A stretch of 64,000 nt of DNA from the NCBI GenBank assembly GCA_021736525.1, contig JAIPFR010000001.1, positions 891-64,890 of the forward strand. The letters are read 5' to 3'. The notes beneath the pieces are model-generated. The model was not told the origin of the DNA, searched no databases, and worked only from the letters and a program-made list of their open reading frames with translations. Numbering within the stretch: the stretch's first letter is position 1; each line of letters opens with the position of its first letter. This document shows positions 9,898 through 18,703 of the stretch, one piece after another. A program made the position numbers and the translations under genes. This DNA comes from Spirochaetia bacterium. Its GTDB lineage: Bacteria; Spirochaetota; Spirochaetia; JABMQR01.

Positions 9898-11175
9898 TTA
9901 TGTTCGATCAATTACTGAGAAACCTGTATAGGGAATGAGTTTTTCTGGAATTCGTATAGTTCCATCTTTCTGCTGATGGTTTTCCATTACCGCAATGAGA
10001 GCCCGGGAAAGGGCGACTGCGGTACCATTAAGCATATGCACGTATTGAATTTTTCCTTCATCTGAACGATAGCGCACCCCCAGTCTGCGGGCTTGGTAAT
10101 CAGTGCAATTGGATGTGCTGGTTACTTCTCCCCACTCACCACTGTCGCCGCGGCCCGGCATCCAGGCTTCAATATCAAACTTGCGATAGGCAGGTGATCC
10201 AAGATCACCAGTGCAGGTATCCACTACTCTATAGGGTATTTCAAGTCCTTGGAAAATTTCTTCTTCTATGGCAAGCAGCTGGTCATGAATCTGCTCAGAA
10301 TCTTCTGGAAGAGCGTATATAAACATTTCCAATTTCGTAAACTGATGAACTCTATAGAGTCCCTTGGAATATTGCCCAGCTGCGCCAGCTTCCCGCCGGA
10401 AACAGTGGGACAAGCCTGCAAGTTTAATCGGAAGCCGTTCTCTGGCTATGATTTCTCCAGCATGATATCCTCCGAGGGTGATTTCTGCGGTTCCCACCAG
10501 ACAAGTATCTGTATGCTCTATAGTATAAATATTGCTTTCGGGACCGCGAGGGTTGAAGCCGATGCCTTCAACAATAGATTCTTTGGCAATGTCAGGTGTA
10601 ATAGTCAAGGTGAAATCATATTTCAGCAAAATATCAAGCGCATAGCGCTGCAGGGCAAGGTCCAACAATACTGCTTTATTCTTCAAGTAATAAAATTTAG
10701 CTCCGGAAACTCTGGCAGCTGTCTCAAAATCAATTAAATCCAGCTCTGTTCCCAGTTCAACATGATCTTTAACAGGAAAACCAAATGAAGCCGGTGTGCC
10801 GTATCGTTTTATTTCCAGATTATCCTTGTCCTCTTTTCCCACCGGAGCATCAGGATGGGCATAATTCGGGATTGCGGCTGCGGCAGAAAAATACTTTTTT
10901 TCAATGTCGGAAAGTTCTGCTTCCTTTTCAGCTATCGCATCTTTCAGTTCTTTTCCTTCGGCAATAAGTTTTGCTCGTTCTTCACTCGAAAGCCTGGATT
11001 TCATTTTTTTTGCATTCTCATTCCGGCGGTTTCTCAACTGATCATTTGCCGCGATCAGGGCAGCCCGCTGGTCTTGCAATATAATTACTTGTTCGATATC
11101 AACATGCATGCTTCGGTTAATAATGTTCTGAGCTATTTCTGCTTTTCGTGCTTTAAGTTCTTTTAAGTCAATCAT
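9898..11175 (-). CDS. serS: seryl-tRNA synthetase
   Basis: N-terminal coiled-coil arm MIDLKELKARKAEIAQNI, class-II core with FRREAGAAG (motif 2-like) and GSGxG. Start trimmed to ATG at 11175 (RBS GAGG 5 nt upstream); ORF-track N-extension is non-homologous. Confidence 0.9.
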   Translation of the reverse strand: MIDLKELKARKAEIAQNIINRSMHVDIEQVIILQDQRAALIAANDQLRNRRNENAKKMKSRLSSEERAKLIAEGKELKDAIAEKEAELSDIEKKYFSAAAAIPNYAHPDAPVGKEDKDNLEIKRYGTPASFGFPVKDHVELGTELDLIDFETAARVSGAKFYYLKNKAVLLDLALQRYALDILLKYDFTLTITPDIAKESIVEGIGFNPRGPESNIYTIEHTDTCLVGTAEITLGGYHAGEIIARERLPIKLAGLSHCFRREAGAAGQYSKGLYRVHQFTKLEMFIYALPEDSEQIHDQLLAIEEEIFQGLEIPYRVVDTCTGDLGSPAYRKFDIEAWMPGRGDSGEWGEVTSTSNCTDYQARRLGVRYRSDEGKIQYVHMLNGTAVALSRALIAVMENHQQKDGTIRIPEKLIPYTGFSVIDRT

Positions 11176-11191
11176 GGTATTCCTCAGTAAA

Positions 11192-11992
11192 TTATGCTTT
11201 TTTCTCTTCAAGGTATACAGCTTTCTGCGAAGCTGCACGGACAGCCTGCATAACAGCTGCATTAAATCCGCCGTTTTCAAGTGCCAGCAGCCCTTCAATA
11301 GTCGTTCCAGCGGCAGAAGAGACCGAAGTGATGAGCTCCAGGGGCTTGGTGCCGTTTTTTTTCATCAGGTCAAGAGCTCCGGAAAAGGTTTCAGAAGCAA
11401 TAGCAATTGATTGTGGATAGGGAATACCTTCCAAGGTTCCTCCCATGGCCACAGCATGAAGAAACTGATAGAAAAAAGCTATAGCCGACCCAGATATGCC
11501 AATAAAAGCCGGAAACAGGGATTCAGCAAGCGGATAGTACGTGCCGCAGGCTTCAGCTATTTTCTGAGCTTTATGTACAAACTCGATGCCTGATTCCGGG
11601 GATGCCGCAGCCGCGGTTACAGCGCTGGAGACCGAGGCTGCTATATTCGGCATAAAGCGGATAATTTTTTTTGTATTAAGACCGGAGCAAAGTGTTTCAA
11701 TGGTAACACCAGCAGCAATGGATATATATTGATGGTCTTTCTTTGCTGCAGCCAGAATTGGGTAAATGGAGGGGAGAATCTGTGGCTTGACTGCAAGAAT
11801 GGTGATGTCTGTCTGCATAACAATTTCGACAGCTGTATTCAAAGCTTTTCCTGACAATTCTGCTGCAAGTACCGAGCTTTTCTGATTGTCCGTGTCATAA
11901 AAGAAAAGTTCGACGGCATCGAATTTCACAGAGAGAGCCCGGGCAATAGCCGATCCCATATTTCCGCATCCAACAAAACCGATTCGATCCAT
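11192..11992 (-). CDS. proC: pyrroline-5-carboxylate reductase
   Basis: Rossmann N-terminus MDRIGFVGCGNMGSAI; start at ATG 11992 supported by GGAGG 8 nt upstream. Confidence 0.85.
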   Translation of the reverse strand: MDRIGFVGCGNMGSAIARALSVKFDAVELFFYDTDNQKSSVLAAELSGKALNTAVEIVMQTDITILAVKPQILPSIYPILAAAKKDHQYISIAAGVTIETLCSGLNTKKIIRFMPNIAASVSSAVTAAAASPESGIEFVHKAQKIAEACGTYYPLAESLFPAFIGISGSAIAFFYQFLHAVAMGGTLEGIPYPQSIAIASETFSGALDLMKKNGTKPLELITSVSSAAGTTIEGLLALENGGFNAAVMQAVRAASQKAVYLEEKKA

Positions 11993-12096
11993 ACAATACA
12001 CCTCCAGCAAACGACGCTATACCATACTAGTTATTTTATCGAACCTGTGCAACCATTTTTCGAGGCTGCTGTACAATGAGGTTAAGGTTTCTGGAT

Positions 12097-12633
12097 TCAT
12101 GAATTTGGTATACAGGATGATGGCCATGCCATGCGATGCAGTGTTCCACGCTTTTCCATTCCCCGGAATTGATGCTGGCGTAAATATTCATATGCTGCTA
12201 CAGCAGCGGCATTGGAAAGGTTAAGGGACCTGGCAGTGCTGATCATCGGAATTCTTACCGCTGATTGGGGATAGCGGATAAGTATCTCTTCGGGTATTCC
12301 ACGGGATTCCTTGCCGAACATGAGATAGGAGGTTTCCGGATAGGTGTATTCTGTATAGAGTTTCTCAGCTTTAGTAGTGAAAAGAGTCAGAGCACCGGAT
12401 TCGGAATTGACAGCTGCAGGATTGGCGGCAAAGAAATCATCAATATCTTCATATACCGTTATATTGAGCAGATTCCAGTAGTCAAGTCCGGCACGCTTCA
12501 AATACTTGTCCTCGATGGAAAATCCTAAGGGCTTGATTAAATGAAGATCTGCCTGAACGGCAGCACAGGTTCGGGCAATATTTCCCGTATTTTGTGGTAT
12601 TTCCGGTTCTAACAGAACAATATTCAGCGGCAT
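12097..12633 (-). CDS. trmL: tRNA (cytidine/uridine-2'-O)-methyltransferase, SpoU/TrmL family
   Basis: MPLNIVLLEPEIPQNTGNIARTCAA N-terminus typical of TrmL; 178 aa; RBS AAGGA upstream. Confidence 0.75.
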   Translation of the reverse strand: MPLNIVLLEPEIPQNTGNIARTCAAVQADLHLIKPLGFSIEDKYLKRAGLDYWNLLNITVYEDIDDFFAANPAAVNSESGALTLFTTKAEKLYTEYTYPETSYLMFGKESRGIPEEILIRYPQSAVRIPMISTARSLNLSNAAAVAAYEYLRQHQFRGMEKRGTLHRMAWPSSCIPNS

Positions 12634-12637
12634 ACTG

Positions 12638-13843
12638 CTACGGTTTCCTTTTTGATGAGTTTTTCCTGCCTAACAGGCTTGACGCCTTAACTAGATGTAT
12701 CCCAGAACTCTGCATAGTTTGGACGGCTTTTTCCAGCTTGTGTTTTCTTGCATAACCGGAATCAAAGAGTTCGTTCTGAACAGCATGTCCTGATTCCTCT
12801 ATCGAACCGATTCCGGCTCCAATCAACCGCACAGGGCGGCGATCCCATTTTTTATCAAAAAGCTCCCATGCTGAAAAAAAGAGTTCTTCAGCGGACAAAA
12901 AAGGAGAAGTATTGCTTTTCTGGGCGGAAACCGAAGAGAAATCTGTATACTTAATTTTTATAAAAGCAGTTTTTCCAGTTACAGAATCACTCAGGGTTCG
13001 GAAGAATACCTGATGGCTGAGGTCGAATATCAGTTGTCTCAGAGTTTCCCTGTCGGATACATCTTCTGAAAGGGTAAGCTCATTACTGACCGAACGACTT
13101 TTCGTCTCGCCGGTAAATATACCAGGATCAATCCCGCGAGATACCGCATAATAAAAAGAACCGGATGATTGACCGAAAAGTCTTTTAAGCGTTAACTCAT
13201 CGAAGCTTCTCAACTGCTTAACAGTGGTTATCCCCTTTGAGGCAAGGGCTGTCTCAGCCTTAGGGCCTATCCCCCAGATGTCTTTGATTCGGCAGCTGTC
13301 AATAAAATCTATCTCTCTGCCTGGAGGAACTCGAAAAAGGCCATCCGGTTTGCTTCTTGCAGATGCCATTTTTGCAACAAATTTCGAAGCTCCAATGCCA
13401 ATGGAAATTGTCAGCTGGGTTTGATTTCTGATTGACGACTTAATGGTTCCGGCAGAAGATTCGGGAGGTCCCATCAGCAATTCTGTTCCAGTCATGTCAA
13501 GAAAAGCCTCATCAATTGAAATCTGCTGAATAACAGGAGCGTGCTGTTTAAGGATATCCATAATAAAGCGGCTCATATCAAGATATCTGTTCATCCGAAC
13601 CGGCAGGTAGCATCCGTCAGGGCAAAGCTTACGAGCCTGGAAAATGGGCATAGCCGAGTGAATGCCAAATTTCCTGGCCTCATAAGAGCAGGCGGATACC
13701 ACGCCGCGACCTGAGGTTCCACCGACAATCACCGGTTTCCCTATAAGATCAGGATTGTCTGCCTGTTCAACAGAGGCATAAAAAGCATCCATGTCTACAT
13801 GAAAAAAGCAGGGATCAATCATCTTCTGAATTCCATCTTGCAT
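12638..13843 (-). CDS. dinB: DNA polymerase IV (Y-family)
   Basis: FHVDMDAFYASVEQ catalytic motif at N-terminus, 401 aa. Exact start (13843 vs 13822) uncertain. Confidence 0.85.
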   Translation of the reverse strand: MQDGIQKMIDPCFFHVDMDAFYASVEQADNPDLIGKPVIVGGTSGRGVVSACSYEARKFGIHSAMPIFQARKLCPDGCYLPVRMNRYLDMSRFIMDILKQHAPVIQQISIDEAFLDMTGTELLMGPPESSAGTIKSSIRNQTQLTISIGIGASKFVAKMASARSKPDGLFRVPPGREIDFIDSCRIKDIWGIGPKAETALASKGITTVKQLRSFDELTLKRLFGQSSGSFYYAVSRGIDPGIFTGETKSRSVSNELTLSEDVSDRETLRQLIFDLSHQVFFRTLSDSVTGKTAFIKIKYTDFSSVSAQKSNTSPFLSAEELFFSAWELFDKKWDRRPVRLIGAGIGSIEESGHAVQNELFDSGYARKHKLEKAVQTMQSSGIHLVKASSLLGRKNSSKRKP

Positions 13844-14924
13844 TGAGTTCTTTTTCGGCTGTCCTTATGAGTTCTTCCATCAGACTGTTCCAGTCAAAAC
13901 CGCCGGATTTGACAAGCTGCATATACATGCTTGTTTCTGTAAATCCCGGTATCGTGTTTATTTCATTTAAGTAGACAGCTCCGGAATCCCTGTCAAAGAA
14001 CATGTCTGCCCGAGCCATGCCGCAGCAGGAAAGAGCTCGATAACCAGCTGCAGCAAGTTTTCTGATTCTCTCTGTTACATCCTGGGGCAGCTCGGCGGGA
14101 ATTGTGATGCAGGCGGCATGCTTCTTTGACGAATACTTATACTCATAATTATAGAATTGGCCAGGGGCTGCGATCTCTCCTGGTTGTGAGACGAAAAGAT
14201 CGGTGCGAGTATCAAAAACGCTGCATTCAATTTCTCGACAATTAATTGCTTTCTCAATCAGAACACGTCTGGATATATCAGCTGCTTTTTCAAGTGCTGG
14301 ATAGAGTTCAGCCAGCGTTCCTGCTCGGGTAATACCAATTGACGAACCGGAACTTTCTGGCTTAATGTAAACAGGCAGTCCCAATGATTCAGAGATCTCA
14401 TGAACCAGCATGGCTGTTGAAGGTTCTGCTGCTGAAAAACCGTCATACATAAAACTGTCGACACAAATATAATCCACAACAGGCAGACCGGCTTTTTCCC
14501 AGTAGAGTTTTGCAGTATATTTGGAAAAACCAATAAAGGAGCTGCTGAAACTGCTGCCGATATAGGGAATCGGCAGAAAATCAAGCATACCCTGAAGCCG
14601 TCCATCCTCACCATAGGCACCATGGGTGAGGGGGAATAAAACACCGTCAGCAATAAGTCTGCTGCCGCAGGACAACCCCTTACCGGGAACTATCGTTACA
14701 GCCAGCTCCTCATTCCTCTCTATAAGAGCCCTGTAAGCCTCTACTGAATCATCCCATATAAGGGAAGGTTTCTGGAGATACAATCGACTGTTCCGGGTAA
14801 TGCCGATGCACATTACAGGATAGCCAATATTGGTAAGTGACTGATACACAGCTGCCGCAGATACGCAGGATACTGAATGTTCGGGTGAGTTGCCGCCGTA
14901 AAGAAGAATGATAGTTTTACGCAT
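13815..14924 (-). CDS. ddl: D-alanine--D-alanine ligase
   Basis: MRKTIILLYGGNSPEHSVSCVSA N-terminus, ATP-grasp core; 369 aa. Confidence 0.9.
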   Translation of the reverse strand: MRKTIILLYGGNSPEHSVSCVSAAAVYQSLTNIGYPVMCIGITRNSRLYLQKPSLIWDDSVEAYRALIERNEELAVTIVPGKGLSCGSRLIADGVLFPLTHGAYGEDGRLQGMLDFLPIPYIGSSFSSSFIGFSKYTAKLYWEKAGLPVVDYICVDSFMYDGFSAAEPSTAMLVHEISESLGLPVYIKPESSGSSIGITRAGTLAELYPALEKAADISRRVLIEKAINCREIECSVFDTRTDLFVSQPGEIAAPGQFYNYEYKYSSKKHAACITIPAELPQDVTERIRKLAAAGYRALSCCGMARADMFFDRDSGAVYLNEINTIPGFTETSMYMQLVKSGGFDWNSLMEELIRTAEKELNARWNSEDD

Positions 14925-16488
14925 ACGGTTTTCTCCTGACTGCGCTTAATGCTTCACGCACAACCGCCTCCTCATCCCAGGGAACAGAGTGATTCCTACG
15001 CTCGATTGTTTTTTCATGTCCTTTTCCAAGAAGCAGTATACATGATTCAGGGGTTGAGTTTCTCAAAGCTTTTACTATAGCGCTGCGACGGTCGGTATCA
15101 ATTAAAATGGTTCCCTTGTAGCTATCGGGGATTCCACTTTTGATTTCCTTAATAATACCCGTTGTATCCTCACTCCTGGAATCATCCTCTGTAAGAATAA
15201 CTATATCACAATATTCTGCGGCTATCCTGCCTAGATTGACACGCTTTGAAGCATCGCGTTCACCGGGACTTCCAAATACTGCAATGAAACGACTATCCGG
15301 ATACAGACGGCGCATATCAGAAAAAACGTTCAAAAATGCATGCTCGGTGTGAGCATAATCAAAAAGTATGGTGCCGTTTTCTCCCGCGGATAGTAATTTG
15401 AATCGTCCTTTGACAGCTTCCATTGTATTGAAGCTCAGTGTTTTTAAAGGGAATCTGCCAATACAGAACTCAAGGTAAGCAAGCAGGGCTGCAGCAAAAT
15501 TCTTCACCTGGGTGAAGAAAACAAAAGGCAGTTTGCCTGCCCAGCTGAATGTATCTGATAGTATTGATACCTCTATACCTGTAGAGCTGAAATTTTCAAT
15601 GACAATTGAAAGATTCGGTTTCAGGACTGACGCAATACCATGCTTGTCCGGCAGTTCAACCGACCAGGATCTGATTTTCTGATCATCTCCTATAACGGCT
15701 TCAAGGGCTGGCCGCCAATCAGCATGGACAGGAACCAAAGCTGAACCACCGGGAATCAGCTGACGGAAAATATTCATTTTTGCATCGATATATGCAGCTC
15801 TGGAACCATGGAAATCAAGGTGATCAGAAGTTATATCGGTACATACAGCCAGAGAAAAAGAAATATCCAGTAATCTCCCGGTTGCAGGAGAAAGTCCATG
15901 AGAACTGGCCTCAATAACTGCAGTCCTGCAGCCGTCAGCAATTGCTTCAGCAAGAAACTTATGAATTTCTATTGCATCGGGAGTGGTTAAATGTGTACTG
16001 TTTTCTCTAATCCCTTTTCCTGAGTCCTTCCAGACGGAACTGAATAGAGCCGGTTTGTATCCATTGTTCTGAAGAAGCTGATAGAGAAAAAAACAAGTGC
16101 TGCTTTTCCCGTCGGTGCCGGTAACTCCGATAACCGGAATTTTTCCTGAGGGGTTGTCATAAAATTCTGCGCTTAAGCGTGACATGGCACGCTTGACATC
16201 CTGAAGCTGAATATAGCAGACCCCTTCAGCAAAAATTGAAATACGCTCCGTATGAATAACAGTTGAGGCTCCATTAGCTATCGCCTTATCAATATAATCA
16301 TGCCCGTTTACATGACAACCTGATGCAGCAAAAAAAATATAACCAGGTTTGCAGGTTCTGGAATCATGAGACAATCCTGAAATTTTTTTTTCAGAAAATC
16401 CATGCATGACCATATAATCAATGGACCCCAGAAGCCGGGATAGTAAAAAGAATTGGTCATTTTTTACTGTCATGCTGCATCGTAGCAA
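14917..16488 (-). CDS. murE: UDP-N-acetylmuramoyl-tripeptide synthetase (MurE-type Mur ligase)
   Basis: Mur-ligase N-domain (DSR..KPGYIFFA..G..VNGHDYI), P-loop GVTGTDGKSST, C-terminal TEDDSRSED matching the MurE DNPR-type motif rather than MurF DSYNANP. Confidence 0.7.
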   Translation of the reverse strand: MLRCSMTVKNDQFFLLSRLLGSIDYMVMHGFSEKKISGLSHDSRTCKPGYIFFAASGCHVNGHDYIDKAIANGASTVIHTERISIFAEGVCYIQLQDVKRAMSRLSAEFYDNPSGKIPVIGVTGTDGKSSTCFFLYQLLQNNGYKPALFSSVWKDSGKGIRENSTHLTTPDAIEIHKFLAEAIADGCRTAVIEASSHGLSPATGRLLDISFSLAVCTDITSDHLDFHGSRAAYIDAKMNIFRQLIPGGSALVPVHADWRPALEAVIGDDQKIRSWSVELPDKHGIASVLKPNLSIVIENFSSTGIEVSILSDTFSWAGKLPFVFFTQVKNFAAALLAYLEFCIGRFPLKTLSFNTMEAVKGRFKLLSAGENGTILFDYAHTEHAFLNVFSDMRRLYPDSRFIAVFGSPGERDASKRVNLGRIAAEYCDIVILTEDDSRSEDTTGIIKEIKSGIPDSYKGTILIDTDRRSAIVKALRNSTPESCILLLGKGHEKTIERRNHSVPWDEEAVVREALSAVRRKPYA

Positions 16489-16509
16489 AAGTATTCTGAT
16501 TTTACCACA

Positions 16510-16545
16510 AGAAAAATAAAAAAAGCGGCAGGTTCAACTGCCGCT
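16510..16545 (-). terminator. Rho-independent terminator downstream of hflC
   Basis: 8-bp GC-rich stem AGCGGCAG/CTGCCGCT with 6-nt loop, followed on the minus strand by TTTTTTATTTTT. Confidence 0.6.
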
Positions 16546-16570
16546 TTTGCTTAATTATGAAAATTTCTTG

Positions 16571-17560
16571 CTATTTTGCACCTTCCACGTTGTACAGATA
16601 GTCAAAATAGTCAAGTTCGGTTGACAATACCTTATCAAGATTGGGTACTGTTTGTTTGTAGGATTCCAGCGTCAGCCAGAATTCGAAGAATTCAGGGTCA
16701 GCAGAATAGGAATCTGCATAGAGCTTTGTAGCCGTAGCGTCAGCCGCACCTTTAATCTCTTCAGATTTTGCATACGCTTCAGAAAGTATTTTCTTCTTGT
16801 CGTTTTCCTGCTTGCCCAGCCATTCAGCTTTTTTACCTTCCCCGAACGAGCGGTAAGCTTCAGCAATCTGATTTCTTTCTTTAATCATACGATCGTACAC
16901 ACTTGCAGTCAGGTCGTCAGAATAGCGAATCTGGCGAATCAGGATATCGATAAGTTCGATGCCGTATTCTTCTCTGGTAATAGGGGCGGCAAGGGCAAAC
17001 ATTTCAGCTGAAAGCGCTTCACGTCCTTTGCTTACAGGATCTGATCGAACTGACGTTTCAGTAAGATCGCGGAGGCTTTCAGCCTCTTCCTCGTCCTCTA
17101 GCGACTGAACCTGTTCAGTTATGACAATTTCAAGAATCCGGTTGGAATTCCTGACCGCTTCGTTGAGAAAGTTCTCGGCAATGATCGTTCGAACGGTGGA
17201 ATCTACTATATCGTCGAGGCGGGCATAGCCCTGTTCTACAGTATTAACTGCTTCATAAAACTTCAGCGGATCAACAATTTTCCAGCGGGCGGTCGTATCT
17301 ACCCAGATAAACTGGTTTTCTTTGGTAGGGATCCTTTGAGAATCACCATCCCAGGAGAGAACCCGCTTGGAATATTTAACGACATTGTCAACAAAAGGCA
17401 CCTTGAACTTCAGGCCGGCCTCTGTCTGCGTGTTCACTATAGCCCCGAAACGGGTAATGACGGCCTGTTCGCCTTCATACAAGATATAAAAAGGACCGAG
17501 AATGACAAGAATAATTACCAGCACTAAAATCACGGCCAGGGTAGTAATAAGCTTTTTCAT
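16571..17560 (-). CDS. hflC: protease modulator HflC (SPFH/band-7 domain)
   Basis: N-terminal TM helix then SPFH domain; immediately downstream of hflK with 1-nt overlap. Confidence 0.8.
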   Translation of the reverse strand: MKKLITTLAVILVLVIILVILGPFYILYEGEQAVITRFGAIVNTQTEAGLKFKVPFVDNVVKYSKRVLSWDGDSQRIPTKENQFIWVDTTARWKIVDPLKFYEAVNTVEQGYARLDDIVDSTVRTIIAENFLNEAVRNSNRILEIVITEQVQSLEDEEEAESLRDLTETSVRSDPVSKGREALSAEMFALAAPITREEYGIELIDILIRQIRYSDDLTASVYDRMIKERNQIAEAYRSFGEGKKAEWLGKQENDKKKILSEAYAKSEEIKGAADATATKLYADSYSADPEFFEFWLTLESYKQTVPNLDKVLSTELDYFDYLYNVEGAK

Positions 17561-18567
17561 CAGTTTGTTCCCCCTCCTGTTATGACTTCAACGCCTTGGG
17601 TCCCGATACTTTGAATGGGGAGAAAATTCTCAAGATGTTTGTCAATGATCGTTATTGAACCATTAGATCCCGGCTGCAGAATCTGTTCGATGGTTTCTAT
17701 ATAAAGCCGGGTTGCGGTAACCTCAGGATCTGCGGCATAGGCTTCTCTAACAGCGTTAAAACGGGCAACATCACCTATGGCTTCATTGGTCCTCTCAACT
17801 GCGTACCCCTCTGCTATCTGAATCAGCTGCAGCGCTTCACCTTGAGCCTTGGGAATTTCCTTATTGTAGGCCTGCTTCCCTTCGTTAATCAGCCGGTTCA
17901 TATCCTGTACCGATTTGTTAACATCCTCGAAGGCGTCCTGAACTTCTCCGACTGGCGGAATAATATTTCTCAGTTTTACGGTAACCACCTGAATGCCGAG
18001 TCCGTAGGAGTCCAGAACTTTCTGCATGCGCTGCTGGGCTTCGTATTCTATAGTTATTCTTTCTGACCCCATAACTGCAAGAATAGCGAGATCGCCAACC
18101 AGCTGATTTATAACCGACTGACTTATATCTCGAATAGTTTTTTCCCGATCAAGGACATTGAAAAGCCAGGCATACGGATCGTTAATACGATACTGCAGGG
18201 TCCATTCAATATCTACAATGTTAAGATCTCCGGTAAGCATGACTGATTCTTCAGGAAAATCAGCTCTGGCAAAAGTTGATGCAACCCCTGCCTGTTCCGT
18301 ACGGAAGCCGAAGCTCATCGTCTGAACTACTTCAGTCGGTACATTATAGTTTTTCTCGATACCAAAAGGAAGCTTCCACTGCAGTCCGGCTCCTACAATC
18401 CGTTCAAACTGTCCGAATCTGAGAACCACTCCCTTTTCCGTCTGGTCAACAACGAAGAAGCTGCTAAGTCCAAGAACAATCAGAATAATAACTGCAATAA
18501 TTACTATGATGATTTTTGGCTGAACTGTGAACTGCTTCGGAGTTGAATTGGCGTTACGTTCCAGCAT
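17560..18567 (-). CDS. hflK: protease modulator HflK (SPFH/band-7 domain)
   Basis: TM helix plus SPFH domain, 335 aa, RBS GAGGAGGAG upstream; canonical hflK-hflC order. Confidence 0.8.
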   Translation of the reverse strand: MLERNANSTPKQFTVQPKIIIVIIAVIILIVLGLSSFFVVDQTEKGVVLRFGQFERIVGAGLQWKLPFGIEKNYNVPTEVVQTMSFGFRTEQAGVASTFARADFPEESVMLTGDLNIVDIEWTLQYRINDPYAWLFNVLDREKTIRDISQSVINQLVGDLAILAVMGSERITIEYEAQQRMQKVLDSYGLGIQVVTVKLRNIIPPVGEVQDAFEDVNKSVQDMNRLINEGKQAYNKEIPKAQGEALQLIQIAEGYAVERTNEAIGDVARFNAVREAYAADPEVTATRLYIETIEQILQPGSNGSITIIDKHLENFLPIQSIGTQGVEVITGGGTN

Positions 18568-18703
18568 AACTCCTCCTCGAAATATACATTCATTCTTAAG
18601 TTAATCCGATACCATGCTATAGTCAAGGTATACCGGCTATTCTTATCAAATCTATTATCTGAACGGATTGAACAGACCTGTTCTAATCGCTATATTAGGG
18701 GAT